Source: Candidatus Entotheonellaceae bacterium | GTDB lineage: Bacteria; Tectomicrobia; Entotheonellia; Entotheonellales; Entotheonellaceae | Length of the DNA stretch: 64,000 bases | Assembly: GCA_965238075.1 (NCBI GenBank) | Contig: OZ250173.1 | Location: forward strand, 1,824,001-1,888,000 | Reading direction: 5' to 3' | Part shown: positions 7,944 through 18,200 of the stretch, piece by piece | Layout of the letters: every line of letters begins with the position of its first letter | Numbering within the stretch: the stretch's first letter is position 1 | Made by a program: the position numbers and the translations under genes | The notes under the pieces: generated by a model | What the model saw: only the letters and a program-made list of their open reading frames with translations | Database searches by the model: none | What the model was told of the DNA's origin: nothing

Positions 7944-10725
7944 CGGCACGGGCGGCAACCCGTTTGCGGCCGTGTTGCTGGCGATGGCCCTGGGCCTGAG
8001 CGGCGGCGGCTGCGGCGGTGGTGACGCGGACAGCAGGTCGGCCTTCGAACCAAGCAGCCTGGCGGACAGGAGTTACGACCAGAATCGGGAGATCGATGGC
8101 GAGACCCTGCCGGAAGCCAACGGCGGCGGCGGCGCGCTGACCTACAGTATTTCCCCGCCCCTGCCGGCGGGCCTGACCTTTGACGCGACGACGCGGGTCC
8201 TGTCCGGCACCCCTACCACGCCGCAGGCCGCCATCCTCTACACCTACACGGCGACCGACGGCGATGCAGAAAAGCCGTACTCGGCGTCGCTGACCTTCCG
8301 CATCACCGTGGAGGCGGTGGCCGCGGTGACCCTCTCGGTAGCCTCCACGGAGGTGGACGAGGGCGAAGACCGCCGGCCGCTCATCGTCACGGTGAATCTG
8401 AGCCAGCCCGTCAGGGGCGCGCTGACCGTTGCCCTGGCCTCCACCGGCACGGCGGTGCTAAGCAGCGACTTCGACCTCGCCAGCAGTCAACTTACCGTCG
8501 CCCAGGGCAGCACCCGCGCCTTGACGACGGTCACACCGATTCGCGATCTGGAGGCGGAAACCGAAACCATCCGCCTCGAGATCGAAGCGCTGGGCGGCAG
8601 GGGGGAAATCGGCTCGCCGTCCTCGGTCCGTATCGCCGTCCGCGACCGCGGCGCCCCGCAGGCCAAGCTGGATTACGCGGCCCTGGAGGCCTTCCTCCTG
8701 ATTCATCGTCTGGAGGAAGACGCCGTCAGCTTTGTTGTGTATGTGACCAATATCGGCGATGTCGCTGCGTCCTCAACCCGGGCCGTTTTGTATACGACGA
8801 CGGACGACCTGTTTTCCTCATCACCCGACCTGGCGGGCCTGGAGGTGCTGCGGGTGCCCGCCCTGGAGCAGGGTGGTTGGTGGCTCAGCGCCCCGATCTG
8901 GGTTTCCTTCAAGGATCTGGTCCGCGGCAAAAACAACTACTTCTATTTCTGCGCCAGGGCGGCTTCGGGAGAGGACCCGGCCTTGGTCGGCTGCGGCGCG
9001 GTGGATTACACTGCCGTTTTTCTGACCGACGGAAACCGTATCCCCACCACCTGCACGGGCTTCAGCCGAGACACCGAGCCGGGGACCCAAGATCCCCTGT
9101 TCGGGCAGCAGTGGTCGCTCAACAACACCGGCCAGGCGTCCTTCGCAGCCAATGGCGGGGTGGCCGGCCAAGACCTGAACATGAGGCAGACGCTGGTCGA
9201 CGGTCCAACCGGCGCCGGCGTGCAGGTGGCGGTGGTGGACACCGGTCTTGAAATCTGCCATCCGGACCTCGCCGCCAACATCGAACAGGACCTGTCTTAC
9301 AACTTCAGCCACTCGCTCTGGCACGGCGCGCAGGCCGATGATCCGTTCCTGCCGACAGTGATGGGCGATCACGGCACCAGCGTGGCGGGGCTGATCGCCG
9401 CGGCGGCGAACAACGGTGTCGGCGGGCGCGGCGTGGCGCCGGAAGTGCGCCTGCGCGGTTTCAACTTCCTTCTTTCTCCCGATCAACCGATGTCCGAATA
9501 TCTCAATTCCCTCGGCATGAACAGCGCAGACCTGCGGTCCAACGACGTGCACGTCTTCAACATGAGCTTTGGTTCCATCGGCAGCGCAGAGAACCTGCCT
9601 GCCGACCAGAGGGAGCTGTTCAAGTTCGGCGTCACCGACCTGCGCGAAGGCCGGGGCGCTCTGTACGTCAAGGCGGCCGGCAACGAATTCAACGACTGCA
9701 CCGAAATAGACGAGAATCGCCAGCCGGTGTCGCCGCTGCTCGATCTCAGCGTCGAACTCGGCTGCACTGCCGCCAATCGGGACGGCGAGAACAATCTGCC
9801 CTACGTCATCGTGGCGGGCGGTTTCAGCGCCGACGGAAAGCGCTCGAGCTACTCGTCGGCCGGCGCCACCCTGTGGGTCGTGGCCCCGGCGGGGGAATAT
9901 GGCAGGCGCCAACCGGCCATGATCACCACCGACCAGATGGGCACCGACCGCGGTTATGGGCTGTACGGCGGGCCCTTGGGCAGCGACCGGGCAGCCAACC
10001 CGCTGGGCGACTACACCAGCATCTTCAACGGCACCTCGTCCGCCGCCCCCAATACGTCGGGCGCCATCGCCCTGCTGCTGCAGACGCAGCCCGAGCTCAC
10101 TTGGCGCGACGTGAAGCACATCCTCGCCAAAACGGCCCGCCGGCTGGACGCCGGCATCCCTCGCGTGCGGGTGGCGTTCGGCGGCACGCCGGCAGTGCTG
10201 CAGCACGGCTGGATCACCAATGCTGCCGGCTACCACTTCCACAACTGGTACGGCTTCGGCGCCATCGACGTGGACGCCGCGGTGGCCCTTGCAGCCACCC
10301 ATACCCCGAACAGCCTGGGTGTGTTCACCCAAAGCGCCCCTGTCCGGCTGGCTGTTGCCGTCACCATACCGGACCACGACGGCGGCGGCCTGACGCAGAC
10401 CCAGAACGTCACGGGCCTGTCCCGCACCGCCAACATCGAGGCCGTGCAACTGCGCATCGAGGTGACGCACGCCAATCCCCGCGAACTCGGCGTTGAACTG
10501 ATCTCGCCGGCCGGCACCCGAAGTATCATCAATCCGGTGTTCAACGGCGCCCTGAAGGGCGCCCCGAATCCCCTCGACTGGACGATCCTCAGCAACGCCT
10601 TCTACGGCGAGTCGCCAAGCGGCGAATGGACGCTCAACGTCATCGACGTCGCCGAGGACAACATTGGCACCCTCTATGCCTGGTCGTTGATTTTCTACCT
10701 GGGGGAGCATCCGGAAGACCGTTAG
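7930..10725 (+). CDS. Kexin-like S8 serine protease, probable lipoprotein (Ig, Calx-beta-like, CARDB-like, S8 and P domains)
   Basis: Triad VVDTG / DHGTSVAG / NGTSSAAP, oxyanion AAGN, TWRDVKH, HFHNWYGFG, C-terminal P-domain FYGESPSGEWTL. Confidence 0.92.
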   Translation: MYRANGTGGNPFAAVLLAMALGLSGGGCGGGDADSRSAFEPSSLADRSYDQNREIDGETLPEANGGGGALTYSISPPLPAGLTFDATTRVLSGTPTTPQAAILYTYTATDGDAEKPYSASLTFRITVEAVAAVTLSVASTEVDEGEDRRPLIVTVNLSQPVRGALTVALASTGTAVLSSDFDLASSQLTVAQGSTRALTTVTPIRDLEAETETIRLEIEALGGRGEIGSPSSVRIAVRDRGAPQAKLDYAALEAFLLIHRLEEDAVSFVVYVTNIGDVAASSTRAVLYTTTDDLFSSSPDLAGLEVLRVPALEQGGWWLSAPIWVSFKDLVRGKNNYFYFCARAASGEDPALVGCGAVDYTAVFLTDGNRIPTTCTGFSRDTEPGTQDPLFGQQWSLNNTGQASFAANGGVAGQDLNMRQTLVDGPTGAGVQVAVVDTGLEICHPDLAANIEQDLSYNFSHSLWHGAQADDPFLPTVMGDHGTSVAGLIAAAANNGVGGRGVAPEVRLRGFNFLLSPDQPMSEYLNSLGMNSADLRSNDVHVFNMSFGSIGSAENLPADQRELFKFGVTDLREGRGALYVKAAGNEFNDCTEIDENRQPVSPLLDLSVELGCTAANRDGENNLPYVIVAGGFSADGKRSSYSSAGATLWVVAPAGEYGRRQPAMITTDQMGTDRGYGLYGGPLGSDRAANPLGDYTSIFNGTSSAAPNTSGAIALLLQTQPELTWRDVKHILAKTARRLDAGIPRVRVAFGGTPAVLQHGWITNAAGYHFHNWYGFGAIDVDAAVALAATHTPNSLGVFTQSAPVRLAVAVTIPDHDGGGLTQTQNVTGLSRTANIEAVQLRIEVTHANPRELGVELISPAGTRSIINPVFNGALKGAPNPLDWTILSNAFYGESPSGEWTLNVIDVAEDNIGTLYAWSLIFYLGEHPEDR

Positions 10726-11114
10726 AGCGGTTTGCGTTCGTATGTCTGGCCTATCTACGCGCCATGTTGTGATGCGCCCCATCGAGATCGTTCGTGATCG
10801 CGGCGTTTGTTTTGCAGGACCTCGATCCAGCACATGGGTTCTGCGGGGGTTGGGTTTTTGCGGTTCTGACGCGCCTTTTCGGCCAGGGATTTGTTGTCGG
10901 GGATAGAACCCCCCGTGCCCCCCTTATCAGGGGGAATTTCTGAAAACCGCAAGGGCTCAAGGACAACACCTCCAAGGACAACACCTCCCCCCCTGACAAG
11001 GGGGGTTGGGAGGTTAGGCCAACGCAGGCGCAGGGCCGCTCGGGTGCACGTCTTTGTCCGACGCCTTACACTGCTGCGGATATCCCCCATATAGGCATGC
11101 GAAAACCGCTCTAA
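10722..11114. mobile_element. Putative MITE-like non-autonomous element (~390 bp) carrying REP copies
   Basis: Perfect 12-bp IR TTAGAGCGGTTT (10722-10733) / AAACCGCTCTAA (11103-11114), extendable imperfectly; TA at both ends; internal 15-bp tandem duplication CAAGGACAACACCTC (10958-10987). Confidence 0.6.
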
Positions 11115-11183
11115 GAAACCGTTTCCGCGCCCGGCGGCTTGTTTCCACAACAACTCAACTTCAAATTAAGGAGGACTGAATCG

Positions 11184-12836
11184 ATGGCTGCGTTCCAATA
11201 CCAGGAGTTGTTTGAGCACCGCGCCGACACGACACCGTACCGGCAGCTCACCTCCGACTATGTCTCCACCGCCGCGTTCGGCGAACAGGAGATTTTGCAG
11301 GTCGCGCCCGAGGCGCTGACGCTGATCGCCCGCGAGGCCATGGACGACGTGGCCCACCTGCTGCGCAGCAGCCATCTCAAACAGTTGGCCGCCATCCTCG
11401 ACGACCCCGAGGCCTCCGACAACGACCGGTTCGTGGCTCTCGAACTCCTGAAGAACGCCAACATTGCCGCCAGCCGCGTGCTGCCCGGCTGCCAGGATAC
11501 CGGCACGGCGATCGCCATCGGCTACAAGGGAGAGAACGTCTTCACCTTCGCCAACGACGCCGAGGCGCTGTCGCGGGGCATCTATCAGGCTTATGACGAG
11601 CGCAACCTGCGCTACTCGCAGATGGCGCCGCTCGACATGTACAGCGAAAAGAACACCGGCACCAACCTGCCGGCGCAGGTCGAGCTGTACGCCGAGCCGG
11701 GCGGCGAATACCGCTTCCTGTTCATTGCCAAGGGCGGCGGGTCGGCCAACAAGACCTTTCTGTACCAGGAAACCAAGGCGCTGCTGAACCCGGCGTCGCT
11801 GCTCAAGTTCATCGCCGAGAAGATCCGCAGCCTTGGCACCTCCGCCTGTCCGCCCTACCACTTGGCCCTGGTTATCGGCGGCCTGTCCGCGGAGTTGACG
11901 CTCAAGACCGTCAAGCTGGCCAGCACGCATTACCTGGACGACCTGCCGACCTCGGGCAACGAGCTGGGGCGCGCCTTCCGGGACGTCGAGCTGGAGCGGA
12001 AAATCTTCGAGCTGTGCGTGCAAACCGGCATCGGCGCGCAGTTCGGCGGCAAGTATTTCGCCCACGACGTACGCGTCATCCGGTTGCCGCGCCACGGCGC
12101 CTCGTGCCCGGTCGGCCTCGGCGTGTCGTGCGCCGCGGACCGGCAGATTCTCGGCAAGATCACCAAGGATGGCGTCTTCCTGGAGCAACTGGAAACCAAC
12201 CCGGGGCAGTATCTGCCGGAGGTCATGGAAGACGACCTGAGCAGCGAGGTGGTGGCCGTCGACCTCAACCAGCCAATGCCCGACATCCTCGCCCGGCTGC
12301 GCCAATATCCCGTTGGCACCCGGTTGGCCCTCAGCGGCCCCATGGTAGTGGCGCGCGACATCGCCCACGCCCGGCTCAAGGACCGGCTCGACGCCGGCGA
12401 CGGGCTGCCGCAGTACATCAAGGATCACGTCATTTATTACGCCGGTCCCGCCAAGAAGCCCGACGGCTACGCCTCCGGCTCCTTCGGTCCCACCACCGCC
12501 GGGCGCATGGACGCTTACGTGGACGCCTTCCAGAGCCTCGGCGGCAGCATGGTCATGCTGGCCAAGGGCAACCGCTCGGCGCAGGTGAGCCAGGCCTGCG
12601 GCGCCCACGGCGGCTTCTACCTCGGCTCCATCGGCGGCCCCGCCGCTCGCCTCGCCGAGCACAGCATCAAGAACGTCGAAGTGCTGGAGTATGAAGACCT
12701 CGGCATGGAGGCCATCTGGCGCATTGACGTGGAAGACTTTCCCGCCTTCATCGTCATCAACTACGAAGGCAAGGATTTTTACGGCGAGCTGGCCGAGAAA
12801 TTCCAGCCGCTGGTGCAGTTGGAAGGGGCTGTGTAA
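11184..12836 (+). CDS. fumA: Fumarate hydratase class I (Fe-S)
   Basis: [44 protein letters not shown]; strong RBS AAGGAGG. Confidence 0.96.
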   Translation: MAAFQYQELFEHRADTTPYRQLTSDYVSTAAFGEQEILQVAPEALTLIAREAMDDVAHLLRSSHLKQLAAILDDPEASDNDRFVALELLKNANIAASRVLPGCQDTGTAIAIGYKGENVFTFANDAEALSRGIYQAYDERNLRYSQMAPLDMYSEKNTGTNLPAQVELYAEPGGEYRFLFIAKGGGSANKTFLYQETKALLNPASLLKFIAEKIRSLGTSACPPYHLALVIGGLSAELTLKTVKLASTHYLDDLPTSGNELGRAFRDVELERKIFELCVQTGIGAQFGGKYFAHDVRVIRLPRHGASCPVGLGVSCAADRQILGKITKDGVFLEQLETNPGQYLPEVMEDDLSSEVVAVDLNQPMPDILARLRQYPVGTRLALSGPMVVARDIAHARLKDRLDAGDGLPQYIKDHVIYYAGPAKKPDGYASGSFGPTTAGRMDAYVDAFQSLGGSMVMLAKGNRSAQVSQACGAHGGFYLGSIGGPAARLAEHSIKNVEVLEYEDLGMEAIWRIDVEDFPAFIVINYEGKDFYGELAEKFQPLVQLEGAV

Positions 12837-12904
12837 TACTCGCCGCCGGTGAGACGACAGGAAACCGCGTGCGGCAGAGGACCCATGATAAACGGAGGCA
12901 GGTT

Positions 12905-13321
12905 ATGAAATTGCGCGTCCTATTGGTGCCGTGGCCGATACTGCTCATCGGCCTCGGCTTGGTATTGCCTGGATGCGTGCCAGCGCCGCAACCCCTTACG
13001 GAACGAAACGCCGCCCTGACGCAGGGGAACATCCAGATGCACCTGGCCGTTGGCCAGACGACCAAGGCCGAGGTGCTGGAGATCTTCGGCGCGCCGAACA
13101 TCACCACCCGCGACGGCAGCGGCCGCGAGGTCTGGACCTACCAGCGGGCCGCCCAGGTGTCGCAGTCGTCGAGCCGCTCCGGCTACTGGACGATCATCCT
13201 CGGCGGCCAAAGCTCGTCGGCTTCCGGCTTCGAGAGCGGCTCGCGGATGATCACGCTCATCATCAAGTTTGACAGCAGCGACGTGGTGACGGATTTCCGA
13301 AGCAGGACCTCCGACTTCTAG
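12905..13321 (+). CDS. SmpA/OmlA (BamE-like fold) lipoprotein
   Basis: Lipobox LPGC; GQTTKAEVLEIFGAP...EVWTY...LIIKFD..DVV. Confidence 0.7.
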   Translation: MKLRVLLVPWPILLIGLGLVLPGCVPAPQPLTERNAALTQGNIQMHLAVGQTTKAEVLEIFGAPNITTRDGSGREVWTYQRAAQVSQSSSRSGYWTIILGGQSSSASGFESGSRMITLIIKFDSSDVVTDFRSRTSDF

Positions 13322-13337
13322 GTCCGAAGGAGAGGCC

Positions 13338-13853
13338 ATGACAAGCAACCATACGAAACTGCCGGTGGCCATCGCCATAGGGCTGGTCTTTCTGGCCGGC
13401 TGCACCCCGCCGGGCCCTGTCCTGACGCCGCTGGAGATCCAGAGCCTGCAGACGCGCGAGTTCGAGCACGACAAGGCCGTCGTGTTCGGCAGCACCATGT
13501 CGGTGTTCCAGGACCTTGGCTACATCGTCAACAGCGCCGACCTCGACACCGGGCTCATCACCACGGAAAGCCCCGCCACGAGTGACCGCGCGACGTTTCC
13601 CGCACGGCTGACGATATTGCCGGACCTGATGGTATGGTCGGACGTGACCAGCGTGGTACAAACAAAAGCGACAGCGTTCATTGAACAAATTGGCAACCGG
13701 TCCAGGGTGCGGCTCAATTTCGTCACCACCCGCCAAGACTCCAGCGTACACGGCCAGACCAGCCGGCGGGATACGCCGATTCTTGATGCCGCCGTCTACC
13801 AGAACGCCTTTGAGCGGATTGAAAACGCCATCTTCGTGAGGGCCGGCAACTAA
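13338..13853 (+). CDS. Hypothetical lipoprotein
   Basis: Lipobox LAGC; QTREF, VFQDLGYIVNSADLDTGLIT. Confidence 0.7.
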   Translation: MTSNHTKLPVAIAIGLVFLAGCTPPGPVLTPLEIQSLQTREFEHDKAVVFGSTMSVFQDLGYIVNSADLDTGLITTESPATSDRATFPARLTILPDLMVWSDVTSVVQTKATAFIEQIGNRSRVRLNFVTTRQDSSVHGQTSRRDTPILDAAVYQNAFERIENAIFVRAGN

Positions 13854-13967
13854 GGAGGACCCGACATGGGATTGGGCTTTTGACTCATGGTTCGGCTTCC
13901 TTGCGATAAAACCGTGCGGGTAGTTTCGTGAAAGCCATGGTCATTCCCTGCAGCCGACAACCGCGGG

Positions 13968-14909
13968 CTACAGCCGCCCGATGCGCTCGATCAGAAGGTG
14001 GAGAACGCCCTCGCCGTCAACATCCGTGATCCAGTGCGCATTCGGCGGTTTGCCGGTCACGCCCCACCAATCCACCACGGTAGCGCCCAGGGTGTGCGCA
14101 CCCTCGGTCTCCACGGCGACCGGGACGGGCTCGGCCCGGAACAACGCCGGTTGCAGCAGCCAGGCAATGGTGCAGGGATCGTGAATCGGCAGGCGGTCCG
14201 GACCGAAGCGGGCCGCGCGGCTGTGGGCGGCGGGGCGCAGCAGGGCGGCCAGGCGGCGCGCCGGTTCGCCGCCGGCGCGCGCCAGACGCTCGGCGTGAGT
14301 GGGGCTGGCGAGCACTTGATGGGTGGCGTCGAGGCTGACGATGGTCATCGGACGTCCGCAGTCGAAAACCCGTGCCGCAGCGTGCGGGTCGGCGTAGATA
14401 TTGAACTCGGCCGCCGGCGTCACGTTGCCGCCGGCCCGCGACGCCCCACCCATGAGGACGATCTGCCGAATTTTCGGCAAAAGCTCCGGGGAATCCGCAA
14501 CAAGAATCGCGACATTGGTCAGCGGACCGATTGCAACCAGGGTGATTTCGTCATCCTCGGCAGCGCGCAGTGTTTCCTTCATAAAGGCGACCGCGCCGCC
14601 CGGTTCGACCGCTACCGGCGGCATGTCCACCTCCATGCCCTCCAGCCCGCTTTCCCCGTGCGCCCGCGTGCCGATCACGGGTTGCCGCGCCAGCGGCCTG
14701 TCGGCGCCCGCGAGCACCAGCACTCCCGGAAAGCCGCACAACTCACAGACAAATCGCGCATTGCGGTACGTCAACGCCAGTGGCACGTTGCCGGCTACCG
14801 CAGTGATGCCGACGAGTTCGATCTCCGCCGTCGAAGCGAGCAGCATCGCAATGGCCAGAGCGTCATCGCGGCCCGGGTCGCAGTCCAGGATGATTCGGTG
14901 CTTCTGCAT
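13968..14909 (-). CDS. Nucleoside hydrolase (IU-NH/Rih family)
   Basis: DCDPGRDD, VAGN, HGESGL, GPLTN, AEFNIYADP, HDP. Confidence 0.93.
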   Translation of the reverse strand: MQKHRIILDCDPGRDDALAIAMLLASTAEIELVGITAVAGNVPLALTYRNARFVCELCGFPGVLVLAGADRPLARQPVIGTRAHGESGLEGMEVDMPPVAVEPGGAVAFMKETLRAAEDDEITLVAIGPLTNVAILVADSPELLPKIRQIVLMGGASRAGGNVTPAAEFNIYADPHAAARVFDCGRPMTIVSLDATHQVLASPTHAERLARAGGEPARRLAALLRPAAHSRAARFGPDRLPIHDPCTIAWLLQPALFRAEPVPVAVETEGAHTLGATVVDWWGVTGKPPNAHWITDVDGEGVLHLLIERIGRL

Positions 14910-15169
14910 CTACGGCTCCTCCATCCATGCCTGCATGAGGTTCTTGATCTGCGTTTGGCAAGGTACCCCATGCAGCCGTGCCTTGGCCTTGAACGCCGCC
15001 ATCAGCGGTTCGGACACCTTCAGCTGATGAGACGCGAGCGGGTGGTTGCGGCGCCGTGGAGTCTGCGGAAATCGTCCAGGAAGCGAACGATGTCCTCGGG
15101 GGACAGCTCACGGCAACGCTCGAGGTACGCGTCGGAGAATCGCTGCAAGGGACGTTCAGGTGCCGTCAT
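14910..15169 (-). pseudogene. Frameshifted CopG/BrnA-like antitoxin
   Basis: MTAPERPLQRFSDAYLERCRELSPEDIVRFLDDFRRLHGAATTRSRLIS* then, one base out of frame, LKVSEPLMAAFKAKARLHGVPCQTQIKNLMQAWMEEP*; 260 nt = 87 codons minus 1. Confidence 0.7.
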
Positions 15170-16716
15170 AGCCGCTCCAATGCCTGCAGGGCCTCAGTGT
15201 CCTGAGGTCTGCCGCGCATGTCGCGGTCGAGTTGCCGGCCGAGTTGCTGCAGCAGCGCGAGGGTTTCGTCCACGCTGGCGCGGGTGACGGGATGGCTGAC
15301 AATGCAAGCGCGGAGGACACGGGTGCCGTTGAGCTCGGTGCCGGAGACGAGGGCGCGGCCATCGGCAGCGAGGGCCATTTCGAGGGCCTGGTTGAGGGCG
15401 TTGAGGTAAGTTTCGACGGACGGCATGCCGGGGGTCAGATCGGGCGGAACGTAGCGGAAGCAACAGATGCTCAGCACGGCGGGGGTCACCAGCTCGAAAT
15501 CAGCGGCGGCCTCGAGACGGTCGGCGAGGTGGCGGGCGAGGGCGAGGTGATTGGCGATCAACTCGGCGTAGCGGTCGACGCCGTGCTGTCGCAGGGCGAG
15601 CCAGACTTTGAGGGCGCGGTCGGTGCGGCTCAGCTCGAAGCCGTATTCGTACTGGTTGTGCTCGCTGCCCATGGCGCCGCGCAGGTAGGGCGGAATGAGG
15701 CTGAAGGTGTCGCCGAGGTCGCGCCACTCCCTGGTGAGGATGCAGCCGGCCTCGAAGGGGGTATTCAGCCATTTGTGGGGGTCGAGGGTGAGCGAGTCGG
15801 CGCGCTCCAGCCCCTTGAACAGATGGCGCGCTTCGGAGACAAGGCATGCCAGGGCACCGTATGCGCCGTCGACGTGGAACCACATGTCGTAGCGCTGGGC
15901 GATATCGGCCAGGCGGTCGAGGGGATCGACGGCGCCGGTGTTCACCGTGCCGGCGTTGCCGATGAGGCAGAACGGCTTGCAGCCGGCGCGGACATCGGCC
16001 CGGATCGACGACACCAGGGCGTCCAGATCGATGCGGAAACCGTCATCCACCGGGATTTTGCGCAGTTGGGCGGCGCCCATGCCGAGAAGCTCGGCGCTGC
16101 GGTCGATACACGAATGGGCTTCGCTGGAGACGTAAGCCGTTAGCAACGGGCGCTGCGCAACGCCCTCGGAGCGCACGTTCCAACCGGCCCGGCGCACCCG
16201 CGCGACAGCCAGGGCCACCAGATTGGCCCACGAACCGCCGGTGGTGACGTAGCCGGCGGCGTTGTCGGAAAAGCCCACCATGTCGCCGAGCCAGCGCGCC
16301 ACCGTAACCTCGATCTGGCAACTCGCCGGTTGGTTCTTCCACGTGGTCGGACGCAGCTTGATGCTGCTGACCAGCGCCTCGATGAGCCCCGTCAGAGGCG
16401 TAGACGCGGAAAGGACGTACGCCATCATGCGCGGGTGGTTGGGATTGCCCGCCGCGGGCAGCAGCTGATCGCGGATGATCGTCAGCAGATCGTCGGCGTC
16501 CATGCCGCCGCGCGGAACCGGGCCGCCAAAGACCGCCTCCATCGCCTCGCGTGTCTGGGCGGGGGGGAACACCGGCCGGCGGGTGGGATGGGTCAGATCA
16601 TCGGTAATCATGTCGACGATGCGGTATCCCAGCTCCCGCATCGTCTTGGCGTCCATCGCCAGGGTGCAGTCCTCTGACAGGGGTTGATTCTCCACTTGTT
16701 GTCGCGTATCTTGCAT
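15166..16716 (-). CDS. Group II PLP-dependent decarboxylase (aromatic-amino-acid/DABA type)
   Basis: GGSWAN, AHSC, GTVNTGAVD, HVDGAYG, DPHKW. Confidence 0.92.
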   Translation of the reverse strand: MQDTRQQVENQPLSEDCTLAMDAKTMRELGYRIVDMITDDLTHPTRRPVFPPAQTREAMEAVFGGPVPRGGMDADDLLTIIRDQLLPAAGNPNHPRMMAYVLSASTPLTGLIEALVSSIKLRPTTWKNQPASCQIEVTVARWLGDMVGFSDNAAGYVTTGGSWANLVALAVARVRRAGWNVRSEGVAQRPLLTAYVSSEAHSCIDRSAELLGMGAAQLRKIPVDDGFRIDLDALVSSIRADVRAGCKPFCLIGNAGTVNTGAVDPLDRLADIAQRYDMWFHVDGAYGALACLVSEARHLFKGLERADSLTLDPHKWLNTPFEAGCILTREWRDLGDTFSLIPPYLRGAMGSEHNQYEYGFELSRTDRALKVWLALRQHGVDRYAELIANHLALARHLADRLEAAADFELVTPAVLSICCFRYVPPDLTPGMPSVETYLNALNQALEMALAADGRALVSGTELNGTRVLRACIVSHPVTRASVDETLALLQQLGRQLDRDMRGRPQDTEALQALERL

Positions 16717-16832
16717 CACCAAGTTCTCTCATCTGCTTGGGAGTTCATCCTCAGACTCGTTTCAACACCGCCGATCACGATGACAAGCCTGTCACTTCCA
16801 GCGACCATGCGCAATCAACCAAGGATTCGCCA

Positions 16833-18092
16833 ATGAGCAAAAGGCTTCGGCACTTGGCATCGGCGGCTGTGTGGTTCGTTCTCCTGAGCCTCGTCCTGAC
16901 GCCCGCAACCGCGCTGCCGAAAGAGCATGACCGCGCTGCCCGGCAGGCCCTGCAGCGTTATCTCGCCAACACCGCCAAGCACGGCAGAACCCAGAACGCG
17001 CAGGGCGTGTGGCTGCAATCGGCGCAGTCGGTCCTGCTGCACCATCGAGGCAACGTGCCGTTGCCGGCCGCATCCCTCACCAAAGTCGCCACTACCCTGG
17101 CCGCCCTCCGCACCTGGGGGCCTCTGCACCGCTTCCCCACGCTGATCGGGGCCATCGGCACCATCAGCAAGGGCGTCTTGCACGGCGATCTCGTGGTGTA
17201 CGGCGGCAGCGATCCGTTTTTCGTCTGGGAAGACGCCATCGTGCTGGGCAACACCCTGGAGCAGGTCGGTATCACGCGGGTCGACGGCAGCCTGCTCATC
17301 GTCGGCAGGTTCTACATGAATTTCGTCATGGAGCCCGCCAAGGCCGGCGGCCTGCTCAAACGGGGACTGAACGCCGCCGTCTGGCCCAAGAGCGTTAAGG
17401 CGCAATATCGCGCGCTGCCCAAGGGCACACCCAAGCCGCGCGTCGCCATTTCCGGCCCCGTGAAAGTGGCGAAGGCGCCGGACGGACAGCCGCCGCTCAT
17501 CCGGCACCGCTCACTGCCGCTGTTCGACATCCTCAAGCGCATGAACATCTACAGCAACAACGCCATGGCCACAATGCTCACCATCGCTGTAGGTGGAAGC
17601 GGCAAAATGCGGCAAATAGCCGCCCAGGCGGCGGGCGTAAGCAAAAACGAACTGCGTCTGAACAACGGCTCCGGGATCGACAGGAGCAATCAGATATCTC
17701 CCCGAGCGGTCTGCGCCCTGTTCATGGCCATTCACAACACGCTGCAACCCGACGGCCTGAACATCTCGGATGTCTTTCCCATCGCCGGACGCGATAAAGG
17801 CACCATCGCACGCCGCAATCTGCCATCGCACGCCGTCGTCAAAACGGGCACCCTGCGGAACGTCAGCACCCTGGGTGGCGTCATCTTTACCCGCAAGCAC
17901 GGACCGGTGTGGTTCGCGCTGCTCAATCAGGGCAGCAGCCGCCCCGCTCTGCGCACCCATCAGGACACCCTGCTGACAAGCCTCACGCAATCCTGGGGCA
18001 GTCTGGACGATCCACCTGCTCCCTTCAAGCCCTTCGACTTCGTAATGGAGTTCGAGCGCGACTCCATCTTAATCCGCCAGTCACGATATTGA
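16833..18092 (+). CDS. dacB: D-Ala-D-Ala carboxypeptidase/endopeptidase (peptidase S13, PBP4)
   Basis: SxxK (ASLTK), SNN, KTGT; signal peptide. Confidence 0.85.
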   Translation: MSKRLRHLASAAVWFVLLSLVLTPATALPKEHDRAARQALQRYLANTAKHGRTQNAQGVWLQSAQSVLLHHRGNVPLPAASLTKVATTLAALRTWGPLHRFPTLIGAIGTISKGVLHGDLVVYGGSDPFFVWEDAIVLGNTLEQVGITRVDGSLLIVGRFYMNFVMEPAKAGGLLKRGLNAAVWPKSVKAQYRALPKGTPKPRVAISGPVKVAKAPDGQPPLIRHRSLPLFDILKRMNIYSNNAMATMLTIAVGGSGKMRQIAAQAAGVSKNELRLNNGSGIDRSNQISPRAVCALFMAIHNTLQPDGLNISDVFPIAGRDKGTIARRNLPSHAVVKTGTLRNVSTLGGVIFTRKHGPVWFALLNQGSSRPALRTHQDTLLTSLTQSWGSLDDPPAPFKPFDFVMEFERDSILIRQSRY

Positions 18093-18200
18093 CTTCACGT
18101 TTCGGCCAACCTAGGATTGAGACACCCTCCGGGAAGGACCGGTATTCAGCAACATGAACACCTTCCCTCCCTTTCACGATACCCTCCTCGAAGGAATGCC

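Noticed and set aside
10958-10987. Tandem 15-bp repeat as a possible CRISPR remnant
   Set aside because: Only two adjacent copies, no spacers, no cas genes
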